A stretch of DNA of 38,258 nt from a virus. Lineage: Duplodnaviria > Caudoviricetes. Below the pieces are notes generated by a model, which did not search any database, was not told the DNA's origin, and worked only from the letters and a program-made list of their open reading frames with translations. Each line of letters opens with the position of its first letter. Positions within the stretch are counted from its first letter, which is position 1. A program made the translations under genes and the position numbers. Of this stretch, positions 1 to 7,698 are shown piece after piece. The stretch is from the IMG/VR virus record IMGVR_UViG_3300030376_006133, positions 1 to 38,258 of that record. One strand, given 5' to 3'.

Positions 1-690
1 CATATTCAAAACGCTACTGGGGATTTATATGTAGAAAATTTAGCCGATGATAAAGATGTAATATTTAGGTCAGATGATGGAAGTGGTGGGTTTATTGAGT
101 ATCTTAGATTAGATGGTGGAGACGTTAGAATGTACGCGTCAAGAGAAATTAGGTTTGTTGATGGAGTTGCTTCTAAATATGGTGATTCTGGTGACTTAGA
201 AATATACCATGATGGCACAAATTCTCATATAAAAAACGATACTGGGATTTTAAATATAAATAATGACGATATAAGATTTAAAACATCTGGTGATGAGACA
301 TCGCTTAGAGCAGTTGCAAATGGAGCTGTTGAATTAATGTATAATAATAGCACCAAAATAGCAACAACAAATACAGGAGTTAGTGTAACTGGCGCGATGA
401 CAGCTAGTGGAGAAGTAACTGCTTTCTCTGATGAACGACTAAAATCTAATATAGAAACATTAGATGGCTCTAAAGTTTACGATATGAGAGGTGTTAGCTT
501 TACAAAAGATAATAATAAAGGTAGTGGTGTTATAGCACAGGAGTTAGAAAAAGTAGCACCAGAATTAGTAAACAACGACAGTGAATATAAGTCTGTAGCG
601 TATGGTAACATTACAGGGTATTTAATTGAAGCTATTAAAGATTTAAAAGAAGAAGTTGAAGATTTAAAAAAACAATTAAAAAATAAATAA
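1..690 (+). CDS. Tail fibre/tailspike, C-terminal part with intramolecular chaperone (peptidase S74) domain; 5'-truncated
   Basis: Frame is open from base 1. SDERLKSNIE autocleavage motif, GVIAQELEKVAPELV, SVAYGNITGYLIEAIKDL and terminal coiled coil. Confidence 0.9.
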   Translation, partial: HIQNATGDLYVENLADDKDVIFRSDDGSGGFIEYLRLDGGDVRMYASREIRFVDGVASKYGDSGDLEIYHDGTNSHIKNDTGILNINNDDIRFKTSGDETSLRAVANGAVELMYNNSTKIATTNTGVSVTGAMTASGEVTAFSDERLKSNIETLDGSKVYDMRGVSFTKDNNKGSGVIAQELEKVAPELVNNDSEYKSVAYGNITGYLIEAIKDLKEEVEDLKKQLKNK

Positions 691-1265
691 TGCCAACATT
701 TGCAGAAAATTACAGGACAGCAGATTTAACATTTGATGATAATGGTATTTATTGGGTCAATCCCGAAAACGATGAGACCTATCAAGTAATGATGGATTGG
801 GAACAACCTATAATGGATAAGATGGCAGAGTTGTGTGTAAATGAAGGAGATGATGTATTAGAAATAGGTTTTGGTATGGGTATATTATCTGATGCAATAC
901 AATTAAAAAAGCCTAAATCACATACTATAGTAGAGTGTCATAAAGATATTATACCTAAACTGAAGGCATGGGCTGAAGACAAACCTAACGTTATTATAAT
1001 AGAAGGTTTGTGGATTGAGGTATTAGATAAGTATGGTAAATACGATTGTATATTACAAGACACTTATGGAGATGAATATAGACACGCTCTAAGACCTATT
1101 GTAGAAAGACACGCAAAATCTACTTGTAAAGTAACTTATTGGAATAATGATTCAGACTTAGGGTTTGATGAAGTAGAACATCATGAGGTTTCTATCAATC
1201 CCCCAGACAATAAATACTACACAAAAGATATATATAAAGTACCACTTGTAAATTTTAAATCATGA
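690..1265 (+). CDS. Class I SAM-dependent methyltransferase, GAMT/Rmt2-like
   Basis: VMMDWEQPIM, motif I VLEIGFGMG, HTIVECH, GLW and DTY match the guanidinoacetate/arginine methyltransferase motif order. Confidence 0.8.
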   Translation: MPTFAENYRTADLTFDDNGIYWVNPENDETYQVMMDWEQPIMDKMAELCVNEGDDVLEIGFGMGILSDAIQLKKPKSHTIVECHKDIIPKLKAWAEDKPNVIIIEGLWIEVLDKYGKYDCILQDTYGDEYRHALRPIVERHAKSTCKVTYWNNDSDLGFDEVEHHEVSINPPDNKYYTKDIYKVPLVNFKS

Positions 1266-1849
1266 CTTTACCAGCATCAGGAGCGTTATCAATGGGCGCT
1301 ATAAATACAGAGTTAGGAAGAACTAGCAACACAGCTAATACGAAACTATCAGAGTTGTCTGATGGCACTCATGGTACTATAAATATTACTAATTTAAATG
1401 ATAATAAGTCTGATGCAACCGCACCACATAATATAGGTGCATTTTATAAATATGAACATAGTGTTACGTTAGGAACTACACCTGCTTCTTTTTCAGAATT
1501 TTCTACAAGTTCTCATAGTAGTGCAGGAACAATAACGGTTACACATGCAGAATATTCTACATTTTATGTGTCTTCAAAACCTAGTTGGGTAACAATTACA
1601 TCTGGTAATGAAGGAAGTAGTTTAAAAGACACAGGAGATGGAAATGTAACATTTAATGTTGATGCTAATAGTGGAAGTGCTAGAAGTGGTAACATAGTAG
1701 TTACATTTGATGTAGGAACAACTGGTGGTGGATTAGGTGATGCAAATTCTACAACTACAAGGTCTACTGCTGTAAGTCAAGCTGGTACTTCTGGAGGAGG
1801 AGGCGGAGGCGGTGGTGGCGGCGGTGGTCGTGGTAACGCTGCTCCATAG
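1262..1849 (+). CDS. Tail-associated protein with BACON-like Ig domain and poly-Gly tail
   Basis: N-terminal MTLPASGALSMGAINTELG typical of tail-fibre-adjacent proteins; PSWVTIT..GNVTFNVDANSGSARSGNIVVT BACON-like signature. Confidence 0.65.
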   Translation: MTLPASGALSMGAINTELGRTSNTANTKLSELSDGTHGTINITNLNDNKSDATAPHNIGAFYKYEHSVTLGTTPASFSEFSTSSHSSAGTITVTHAEYSTFYVSSKPSWVTITSGNEGSSLKDTGDGNVTFNVDANSGSARSGNIVVTFDVGTTGGGLGDANSTTTRSTAVSQAGTSGGGGGGGGGGGGRGNAAP

Positions 1850-1895
1850 ATTACATAGTTGTTCTTGTAACAAAAGGTATTTAACCTTTTTAGGT

Positions 1896-1903
1896 TATTT
1901 TTG
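1896..1903 (+). promoter_or_regulatory. Bacteroidota-type -7 promoter element
   Basis: TATTTTTG (TAnnTTTG) in the intergenic gap ahead of ATG 1926. Confidence 0.5.
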
Positions 1904-1925
1904 TTAAAATTAAATTTATAAAATT

Positions 1926-2297
1926 ATGGCATTAGAAGGAGCATACTCTTGGAAAGGTCTTGACATTGCAAAAGCATATGTTAAAATCAATAGTGTAAAC
2001 TGGTCTTGCGGTAGCAATCGAGTTACAAGTGAAAAAACACCTGCTAAATATAACGAAGATGGAACTATTAAAAGTGAAGCTGTTATGGAAACTAAGTGGG
2101 TACAAAACGCTTATGGTAACTGGAATGCAAATGTATATAAAGACAAAGCATCTAGAGACAGCAAACCAAATGAATGGATTTGTTCAGTAGGTGGTTCTGT
2201 TGAAATGGACGTTAAAGCAAGTGCTAAAAATCCAGTTGTACAGGCATATACTGCAATGAAAGCAGACGATACTTGGAAAGAGTACAAAGACGTTTAG
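1926..2297 (+). CDS. Hypothetical phage protein (possible tail fibre assembly protein)
   Basis: 123-aa ORF with A-rich leader, located in the tail module. Confidence 0.6.
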   Translation: MALEGAYSWKGLDIAKAYVKINSVNWSCGSNRVTSEKTPAKYNEDGTIKSEAVMETKWVQNAYGNWNANVYKDKASRDSKPNEWICSVGGSVEMDVKASAKNPVVQAYTAMKADDTWKEYKDV

Positions 2298-2300
2298 TAA

Positions 2301-2582
2301 ATGAACAAGTCTGAGAAAGATAACTTAAAGTTAATTGAGTATCAGGTTGAACAAATATTTGTAGAAATAAAAGCTATAAAGCAAAGTAACGATGTTGCCC
2401 ATAAAGAGGTAAAAGACGACTTACGCTTTATTAAGAATAATTTGTTTGACCCAAAGGAAGGGTTATGGTCTGAGGTTCAAGCAAACACAGAATTTAGAAG
2501 AGACACTACTAAGTGGAGAACGGGGATTGGTTTGGGTGTCTTTGGTTTAATTGGTAAATACATATACGATATATTTAGATGA
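2301..2582 (+). CDS. Coiled-coil protein with C-terminal transmembrane helix
   Basis: Charged helical N-terminus; hydrophobic GIGLGVFGLIGKYIY end. Confidence 0.6.
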   Translation: MNKSEKDNLKLIEYQVEQIFVEIKAIKQSNDVAHKEVKDDLRFIKNNLFDPKEGLWSEVQANTEFRRDTTKWRTGIGLGVFGLIGKYIYDIFR

Positions 2583-2881
2583 AGCAAATAGAAGAATTAG
2601 GAGATAAAACAATAGGTATAGACATTGATGGTGATAAAAAGCCAGATTTTAAAATTGATGTAAAAAGCATTGCTATTGTTATAGGGTTTATTATATCTGG
2701 TACTATGGGTTATAATAATCTTAAGCAAGAGATAGAATTAGCTAAAGAACTACCTGCTTATGAAGTAAAAGAAACATCTGATGGTTTGCTGTTAAAACAA
2801 AAAGTTCAATATCTTGAAAAAGAAATAGAAAAGTTAGAAGATAAGGTTAATGACTTGGAAAATAAAGTATATAAAAGATGA
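2579..2881 (+). CDS. Single-TM coiled-coil protein (paralogue A)
   Basis: IAIVIGFIISGTMGY TM segment; ends LENKVYKR; ATGA overlaps at both ends. Confidence 0.65.
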   Translation: MKQIEELGDKTIGIDIDGDKKPDFKIDVKSIAIVIGFIISGTMGYNNLKQEIELAKELPAYEVKETSDGLLLKQKVQYLEKEIEKLEDKVNDLENKVYKR

Positions 2882-3213
2882 GAAAATTAATTTTAATTAT
2901 ATTTTTATTTTTTGGTCACGCAAGCTATAGTCAACGTTATGCGAGCAGTAGTCAAGAAATAAGAGTTATACAAATCAACGCAAAGTGGAATCAAAAAAAC
3001 ACATTATACTTAGATAATTTAAAAGGTTGTAAATACGAGTACGCTTGGTTAGAAGAACAACCTAACAATCTTAAAAGTCAAATTAAATCTGTTCCTGTAA
3101 TATTAATCTGGTTAGATGGTAAAAGAGTAAAAACTTACCAAGCTGGATTAGATTTTAAATTACCCGTAACGAAAGATAATATACAAGAATATATAAACCA
3201 ACTTAAAAAATAA
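2878..3213 (+). CDS. Secreted thioredoxin-fold-like protein lacking CxxC
   Basis: Signal peptide; IQINAKWN at the usual FxAxWC position; IKSVPVILIWLDGK cis-Pro motif. Confidence 0.55.
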   Translation: MRKLILIIFLFFGHASYSQRYASSSQEIRVIQINAKWNQKNTLYLDNLKGCKYEYAWLEEQPNNLKSQIKSVPVILIWLDGKRVKTYQAGLDFKLPVTKDNIQEYINQLKK

Positions 3214-3518
3214 TGACAAAAATTAGTGAAGACACAGAAGTTAAATTAGACCTTAAAACAATCGGCATATTAGTTGGTGGTGTAATATCACTAGCTAGTA
3301 TGTGGTTTACTCTACAAGGAGAAATACAAGAACTTAACAATAAAATAGACAACTTTAGTAGTGAAGAGTTTGTACAAAAAATGGAGTTTCAGTTAAAAGA
3401 TGAACTTGTTAGGTCAACTATTATACAAATAGAAAAATCAACAGATGTGTTAAAAGAGGATATACTTGATAATAAACAATCAATAAAAGAATTAGAAGAC
3501 AAAGTTTATAAAAGATGA
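3213..3518 (+). CDS. Single-TM coiled-coil protein (paralogue B)
   Basis: KLDLKTIGILVGGVISLASMW TM segment; ends LEDKVYKR. Confidence 0.65.
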   Translation: MTKISEDTEVKLDLKTIGILVGGVISLASMWFTLQGEIQELNNKIDNFSSEEFVQKMEFQLKDELVRSTIIQIEKSTDVLKEDILDNKQSIKELEDKVYKR

Positions 3519-3835
3519 CACATCTTGTTTATATTTTTTTATTAGCATTAAACACTATAACATTTAAAATAGACGGTCTTACATGCAGTATGTGCTCTTT
3601 AAGTGTACAAAAAAGTTTAGAAAAAATTTACTTTGTAGAAAGTGTTGATGTAGATATAGAAGAAGTTACTTACGAGGTTAATTTTGTAAAAAATAATTAT
3701 ATTGATTTTTTTGCTTTGCAACACGCTGTAGAAGATGCGGGTTTTACAATTCAAAAAGAATCAGTAAATGTAAATACTAAAAACACAAACGAGTTTTGGC
3801 AAAATAGTAATTACATAATATGGAAAAATGAATAA
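3515..3835 (+). CDS. Heavy-metal-associated (HMA) domain protein
   Basis: FKIDGLTCSMCSLSVQKSL (GMTCxxC-type motif) and AVEDAGF C-terminal motif; hydrophobic N-terminus. Confidence 0.85.
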   Translation: MTHLVYIFLLALNTITFKIDGLTCSMCSLSVQKSLEKIYFVESVDVDIEEVTYEVNFVKNNYIDFFALQHAVEDAGFTIQKESVNVNTKNTNEFWQNSNYIIWKNE

Positions 3836-3838
3836 TTT

Positions 3839-3931
3839 ATGGTAGAAGAGTCAATGTATACACTTTTTATGGTGTCATGTATTTTTATATTTTGTTTGAC
3901 TGCCATGAATAAATACTTTAAAGATGATTAA
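3839..3931 (+). CDS. Small membrane peptide (30 aa, absent from ORF track)
   Basis: MVEESMYTLFMVSCIFIFCLTAMNKYFKDD fills the gap between neighbouring genes. Confidence 0.4.
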   Translation: MVEESMYTLFMVSCIFIFCLTAMNKYFKDD

Positions 3932-4115
3932 TAAACTGATAAAAAAATACAACGAATTAGATTTCAAAGAAAATGTACATTGGATGATTATGGCAATAGC
4001 AATATTAGGAATAGTATTAGCTTTTGTTATGAGAAATAATGGATATATGGGCGGAGAAAAAAACAAAATAGTTGATTCCTCTGCTGTTATTGTTGACACA
4101 TTAAATATTAAATAA
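3924..4115 (+). CDS. Small single-TM protein
   Basis: WMIMAIAILGIVLAFVM hydrophobic segment. Confidence 0.6.
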   Translation: MINKLIKKYNELDFKENVHWMIMAIAILGIVLAFVMRNNGYMGGEKNKIVDSSAVIVDTLNIK

Positions 4116-4238
4116 ATGGCTAAAGTAAGTTGGTTATGGGGTGGAAAAAGGTACTATGGTACTAAAATACGTGAGACTAAAACACATATTTTTGCTCGTA
4201 CACATAACAATAAAATAAAGAAGATTAAGAAAAAGTAA
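4116..4238 (+). CDS. Small basic protein (40 aa, absent from ORF track)
   Basis: MAKVSWLWGGKRYYGTKIRETKTHIFARTHNNKIKKIKKK; abuts the upstream stop and overlaps the next gene by TAATG. Confidence 0.65.
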   Translation: MAKVSWLWGGKRYYGTKIRETKTHIFARTHNNKIKKIKKK

Positions 4239-4528
4239 TGTCTGGAAAAAAAAAGAGAGGAGACAGGCGATTAGCACGTGCTGGTGTGTCTGGGTATAAT
4301 AAACCTAAAAAAACTCCTAATCATCCTAAAAAATCACATGTTGTGGTTGCTAAAGAGGGCAACAGAATAAAACTTATTAGGTTTGGTCAGCAAGGAGTAA
4401 GAACAGCAGGCAATAGAACAGATGCTAAATCTAATGCTAGGCGTAAAAGTTTTAAAGCTAGACATGCTAAAAATATCAAAAAAGGCAAAATGTCTGCTGC
4501 TTATTGGGCTAATAAAGTAAAGTGGTAA
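4238..4528 (+). CDS. Highly basic phage protein
   Basis: KLIRFGQQG..SFKARH..SAAYWANKVKW motifs; very Lys/Arg-rich. Confidence 0.75.
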   Translation: MSGKKKRGDRRLARAGVSGYNKPKKTPNHPKKSHVVVAKEGNRIKLIRFGQQGVRTAGNRTDAKSNARRKSFKARHAKNIKKGKMSAAYWANKVKW

Positions 4529-4998
4529 TGACAGATAATCAAAAAGACAAAGGTAGAGTTATAACACTTTCTATTTTAATAGTAATATTATTGGTAGGCA
4601 TGTGTTCGAGTTGTGCTAGTGTATTATATGATTCAAATAGAGTAATAGTAACGCATGTCCTAGCATTAACAAACTCAGGCGATACAGTAAAAATAAAAAT
4701 ACAAGACATACAGCCACAAAGAATGTACAATGTAGTTGGATATGATTTTGTAAGATGGAATGATAATAGATATTATGTGCCTCATTACGATAGACGCTAT
4801 GATTATAGGTATGAAGACAGCAGATGGAGGTATTACGGAAATCATACTGGCAGTTTTGGTTATATAACGCCAAACCCTAACACAAACAACAATACGCCAA
4901 TAGTAGTAAGTAGTCAAACAACAGGGGGAGGTGATGCGCCAATAGCAAGTAATCCTGTAACGTCAGGAGGTGGAAGTTCAAGGGGTAAAAACAATTAG
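4528..4998 (+). CDS. Putative lipoprotein
   Basis: Hydrophobic stretch followed by GMCSSCAS lipobox-like motif; Tyr/Arg-rich middle; ATG 4528 preferred over GTG 4522. Confidence 0.55.
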   Translation: MTDNQKDKGRVITLSILIVILLVGMCSSCASVLYDSNRVIVTHVLALTNSGDTVKIKIQDIQPQRMYNVVGYDFVRWNDNRYYVPHYDRRYDYRYEDSRWRYYGNHTGSFGYITPNPNTNNNTPIVVSSQTTGGGDAPIASNPVTSGGGSSRGKNN

Positions 4999-5136
4999 AT
5001 GCGTAAAATATCAGGATTTTCTGTAAGAGAAAAAAAAATTATAAAAAGAAAAGGAATACATTCTAAAAATTTAAGTAGAGGTAAACACGCTTCTAATAAA
5101 CAATACAAAAAATCTTACAACAGACAGGGTCGCTAA
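4999..5136 (+). CDS. Small basic protein (45 aa, absent from ORF track)
   Basis: MRKISGFSVREKKIIKRKGIHSKNLSRGKHASNKQYKKSYNRQGR; starts immediately after the upstream stop. Confidence 0.65.
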   Translation: MRKISGFSVREKKIIKRKGIHSKNLSRGKHASNKQYKKSYNRQGR

Positions 5137-5184
5137 GTAAGTAGGGTTTAAGCTAATCTGCAAGGATTTATCAAATACTCTGAG

Positions 5185-5192
5185 TAAATTTG
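5185..5192 (+). promoter_or_regulatory. Bacteroidota-type -7 promoter element
   Basis: TAAATTTG in the intergenic gap upstream of the tail operon. Confidence 0.55.
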
Positions 5193-5209
5193 TTACAAAC
5201 AATTGAATT

Positions 5210-5593
5210 ATGTTAAAAAACAAAAAAATGAAAGTAATAGACATTCAGGCTCTAGGTATAGCTTTGATGTCATTCGAAAAAGCTGCTGAAGGGCAGGGAA
5301 TTAGTGCTAAACTTGGTTATAAAATGGCTAGGTTTAGAGATGAAGTTGCTAAAGTTTCTGAAACTATAGAGAAACAAAGGCAAGAGATTTTTAAAAAACA
5401 TGGTGAGGAAAATGACGGGCAAGTAGAGATTCCTAAAAAAAATGTAGAAAAGTTTCAAAAAGACTTAACTGCATTTTTGAATCAAGAAGATGAAGTAAAA
5501 GTGTTATCCGAGCCAGTTAAAATAGATGAATTTGGTGATATAAAATTGCCACCAAGTTTTATGAATGTATTTAAAGAGTATATAGAAGAATAA
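5210..5593 (+). CDS. Helical phage protein (DUF1617-like)
   Basis: AKLGYKMAR..RQEIFKKHG..FQKDL pattern; start may be 5228. Confidence 0.55.
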   Translation: MLKNKKMKVIDIQALGIALMSFEKAAEGQGISAKLGYKMARFRDEVAKVSETIEKQRQEIFKKHGEENDGQVEIPKKNVEKFQKDLTAFLNQEDEVKVLSEPVKIDEFGDIKLPPSFMNVFKEYIEE

Positions 5594-6280
5594 ATGGCAA
5601 TTAAAATTGATGAATTACATGATTTTATACGAGGCACTATAAAGAAAAATTATGGTGGATTTGTTTCTCCTAGCGATATAGATAGAGCTGTAAACAGAGC
5701 TTCGTTTGATTTATTTGATTCATTAGTTGAAAGTTATAAAAAAACTGAAGAGTTTGATTATGACCATTTATTTCTAAAAAGATTTAATATATCAGTAGCT
5801 ACGTCTGATAACGGTGTAGCTACTTTACCTTCCGATTATAGTGTAGGAGTTGGTTTTTATTATAAAGATTCCAGCAATAATTTATATGAAGGTAATTTAC
5901 TAAAGTGGGATACATTTATGGACAGAAATCGTTCATCTATATCGCCGCCAGTTATCAACACATCAACATCCGAATACCGACCTATAGGGACGATATATGA
6001 TAATAAAGTAGAGTTTGCTCCTAGACCTAGCAGCGGTTCACACAATTTTGTATTAGTGTATTTTAAAGAACCAAGAAAAGCTGTATATGGGTTTACAGAC
6101 AGTAATGGAGTTATAACTGTAAACAGAGGTACTTGTACAGATTTAGATTGGGACGAGCGTTCTTTTTCAGATATAGCTTCGAGGGCTTTAACGTATTTAG
6201 GTTTTCCTATAAGAGATGCTAACTTAGCACAATTTGAAAGTGTAATAGATACTAACCAGGTAAGAGATGTCAACAACTAA
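5594..6280 (+). CDS. Tail ring/adaptor protein (crAss-like)
   Basis: GFVSPSDIDRAVNRA N-terminus, ATLPSDY and VYFKEP motifs; first of three 230-250 aa ORFs before the muzzle gene. Confidence 0.65.
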   Translation: MAIKIDELHDFIRGTIKKNYGGFVSPSDIDRAVNRASFDLFDSLVESYKKTEEFDYDHLFLKRFNISVATSDNGVATLPSDYSVGVGFYYKDSSNNLYEGNLLKWDTFMDRNRSSISPPVINTSTSEYRPIGTIYDNKVEFAPRPSSGSHNFVLVYFKEPRKAVYGFTDSNGVITVNRGTCTDLDWDERSFSDIASRALTYLGFPIRDANLAQFESVIDTNQVRDVNN

Positions 6281-6962
6281 GAAAAAAATTGCAGAACAAA
6301 TACAGCGTAATTATGCTAGATATTTAGACAAAGAAAACATTGTCGGTACTAAAGAGTCTTTAGATTCTAGAGAATTACATTTAATGATAGAACAGTCTAT
6401 CAACAAAATATTAAGAGTACAAACATTTGAAAGGTTTAGAGAAGGGTATGTAGATATACCAAGATGTAATATTATAAAATACGCAAATCAAACTGTTACA
6501 TCAGATTCAAGTAACAGCAGGGCAACTGTAGCTTTGCCAGCAATACCTTTAAGTTTACCTATGGATATGGGAGTGTGGTCTATTACTAAATATAACGACA
6601 TAACCACAACATACATTCCTATACCTTCACAAGATTTTCATGTTATGGACATAGCTTTTTCATCATTAAACACACAAAGCTCTGGTTTAAATGCTTCATA
6701 TTTAGAACAGCAGGTAGGATATTACGTACAAGGTAAGTCTATACATTTTACAAAAGATATAACGCAATCTGCATTAGGGTCTGTTACAGCTGTAGATTTA
6801 TACTTATTAGTTTCAGATATGTCTAAGTTTACTGACACAGAAGTACTTCCTGTAAACCCAGAGGTAGAGGCTGAGGTTATTGACGACGTTTTTGCGCGTA
6901 TAAATAATGGAAGAATATCACAATTAGAACTGAATACAAAACATGAAAACGATAACGCTTGA
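6267..6962 (+). CDS. Tail ring protein (crAss-like)
   Basis: LPAIPLSLPMDMGVWSI motif; size and synteny. Confidence 0.6.
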   Translation: MSTTKKKIAEQIQRNYARYLDKENIVGTKESLDSRELHLMIEQSINKILRVQTFERFREGYVDIPRCNIIKYANQTVTSDSSNSRATVALPAIPLSLPMDMGVWSITKYNDITTTYIPIPSQDFHVMDIAFSSLNTQSSGLNASYLEQQVGYYVQGKSIHFTKDITQSALGSVTAVDLYLLVSDMSKFTDTEVLPVNPEVEAEVIDDVFARINNGRISQLELNTKHENDNA

Positions 6963-7698
6963 CCATATAGTTAGAAACTCTTTATTAGAAGCACAATTAC
7001 CTTTGCATTATTATTTAAGGTTTTTGCATTTTGGTATAAGACAACTAGAAGAAATAAATTACGACAACCCTATAAATGTAAAAAGAAGTGAATTAACAGT
7101 AACTAATTATAAAAGAGCAATACTGCCTTCTGATTGTGTAGATGTTGTAGAGGTATACTTAAAATACGGCGAACATGTTTTGCCAATGTCGCAAGACCCT
7201 AACTTAAACACTACACAAAAGTTTGATTCTAATGGTAACAAAATTGCGTATGATGACCCTTCTACTACTACATATGATACGTTACTTGTTTTTAATGCCA
7301 CACATCCTTTTGGTTACACTAACGACCACGGAGAGCACACAGGTAGGCATTATGGTTCTATACCAACACAAAAGCAATCTTACGTATTAGATTACGCAAA
7401 CAGCGAGTTAGTATTTGACAACGCTGTTGACGTAACAGAAGTAACAATAACTTATGTCAGCAACGGAGTATCTACCTCTGCAGCTAACGTTGTGCATCCA
7501 TACGCACAAGATACAATAGAAAAATACATACACTATTGTAGATATAAAAATTCTATGTCAGCGTTAAATAAAGTTGCTTTAGCAAAACAAGAATATGTAA
7601 ATGCAAAAAGAAAATTAAAATCTAGATTAAACGCTATGACTTACGCAGATGTACTAAGAATAATGAGACAAGGCGTACATGGCTCAATTAAAAATTAA
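6943..7698 (+). CDS. Tail ring protein (crAss-like)
   Basis: AILPSDCVDVV, ITYVSNG and VHPYAQDTIEKYI motifs; synteny. Confidence 0.65.
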   Translation: MKTITLDHIVRNSLLEAQLPLHYYLRFLHFGIRQLEEINYDNPINVKRSELTVTNYKRAILPSDCVDVVEVYLKYGEHVLPMSQDPNLNTTQKFDSNGNKIAYDDPSTTTYDTLLVFNATHPFGYTNDHGEHTGRHYGSIPTQKQSYVLDYANSELVFDNAVDVTEVTITYVSNGVSTSAANVVHPYAQDTIEKYIHYCRYKNSMSALNKVALAKQEYVNAKRKLKSRLNAMTYADVLRIMRQGVHGSIKN

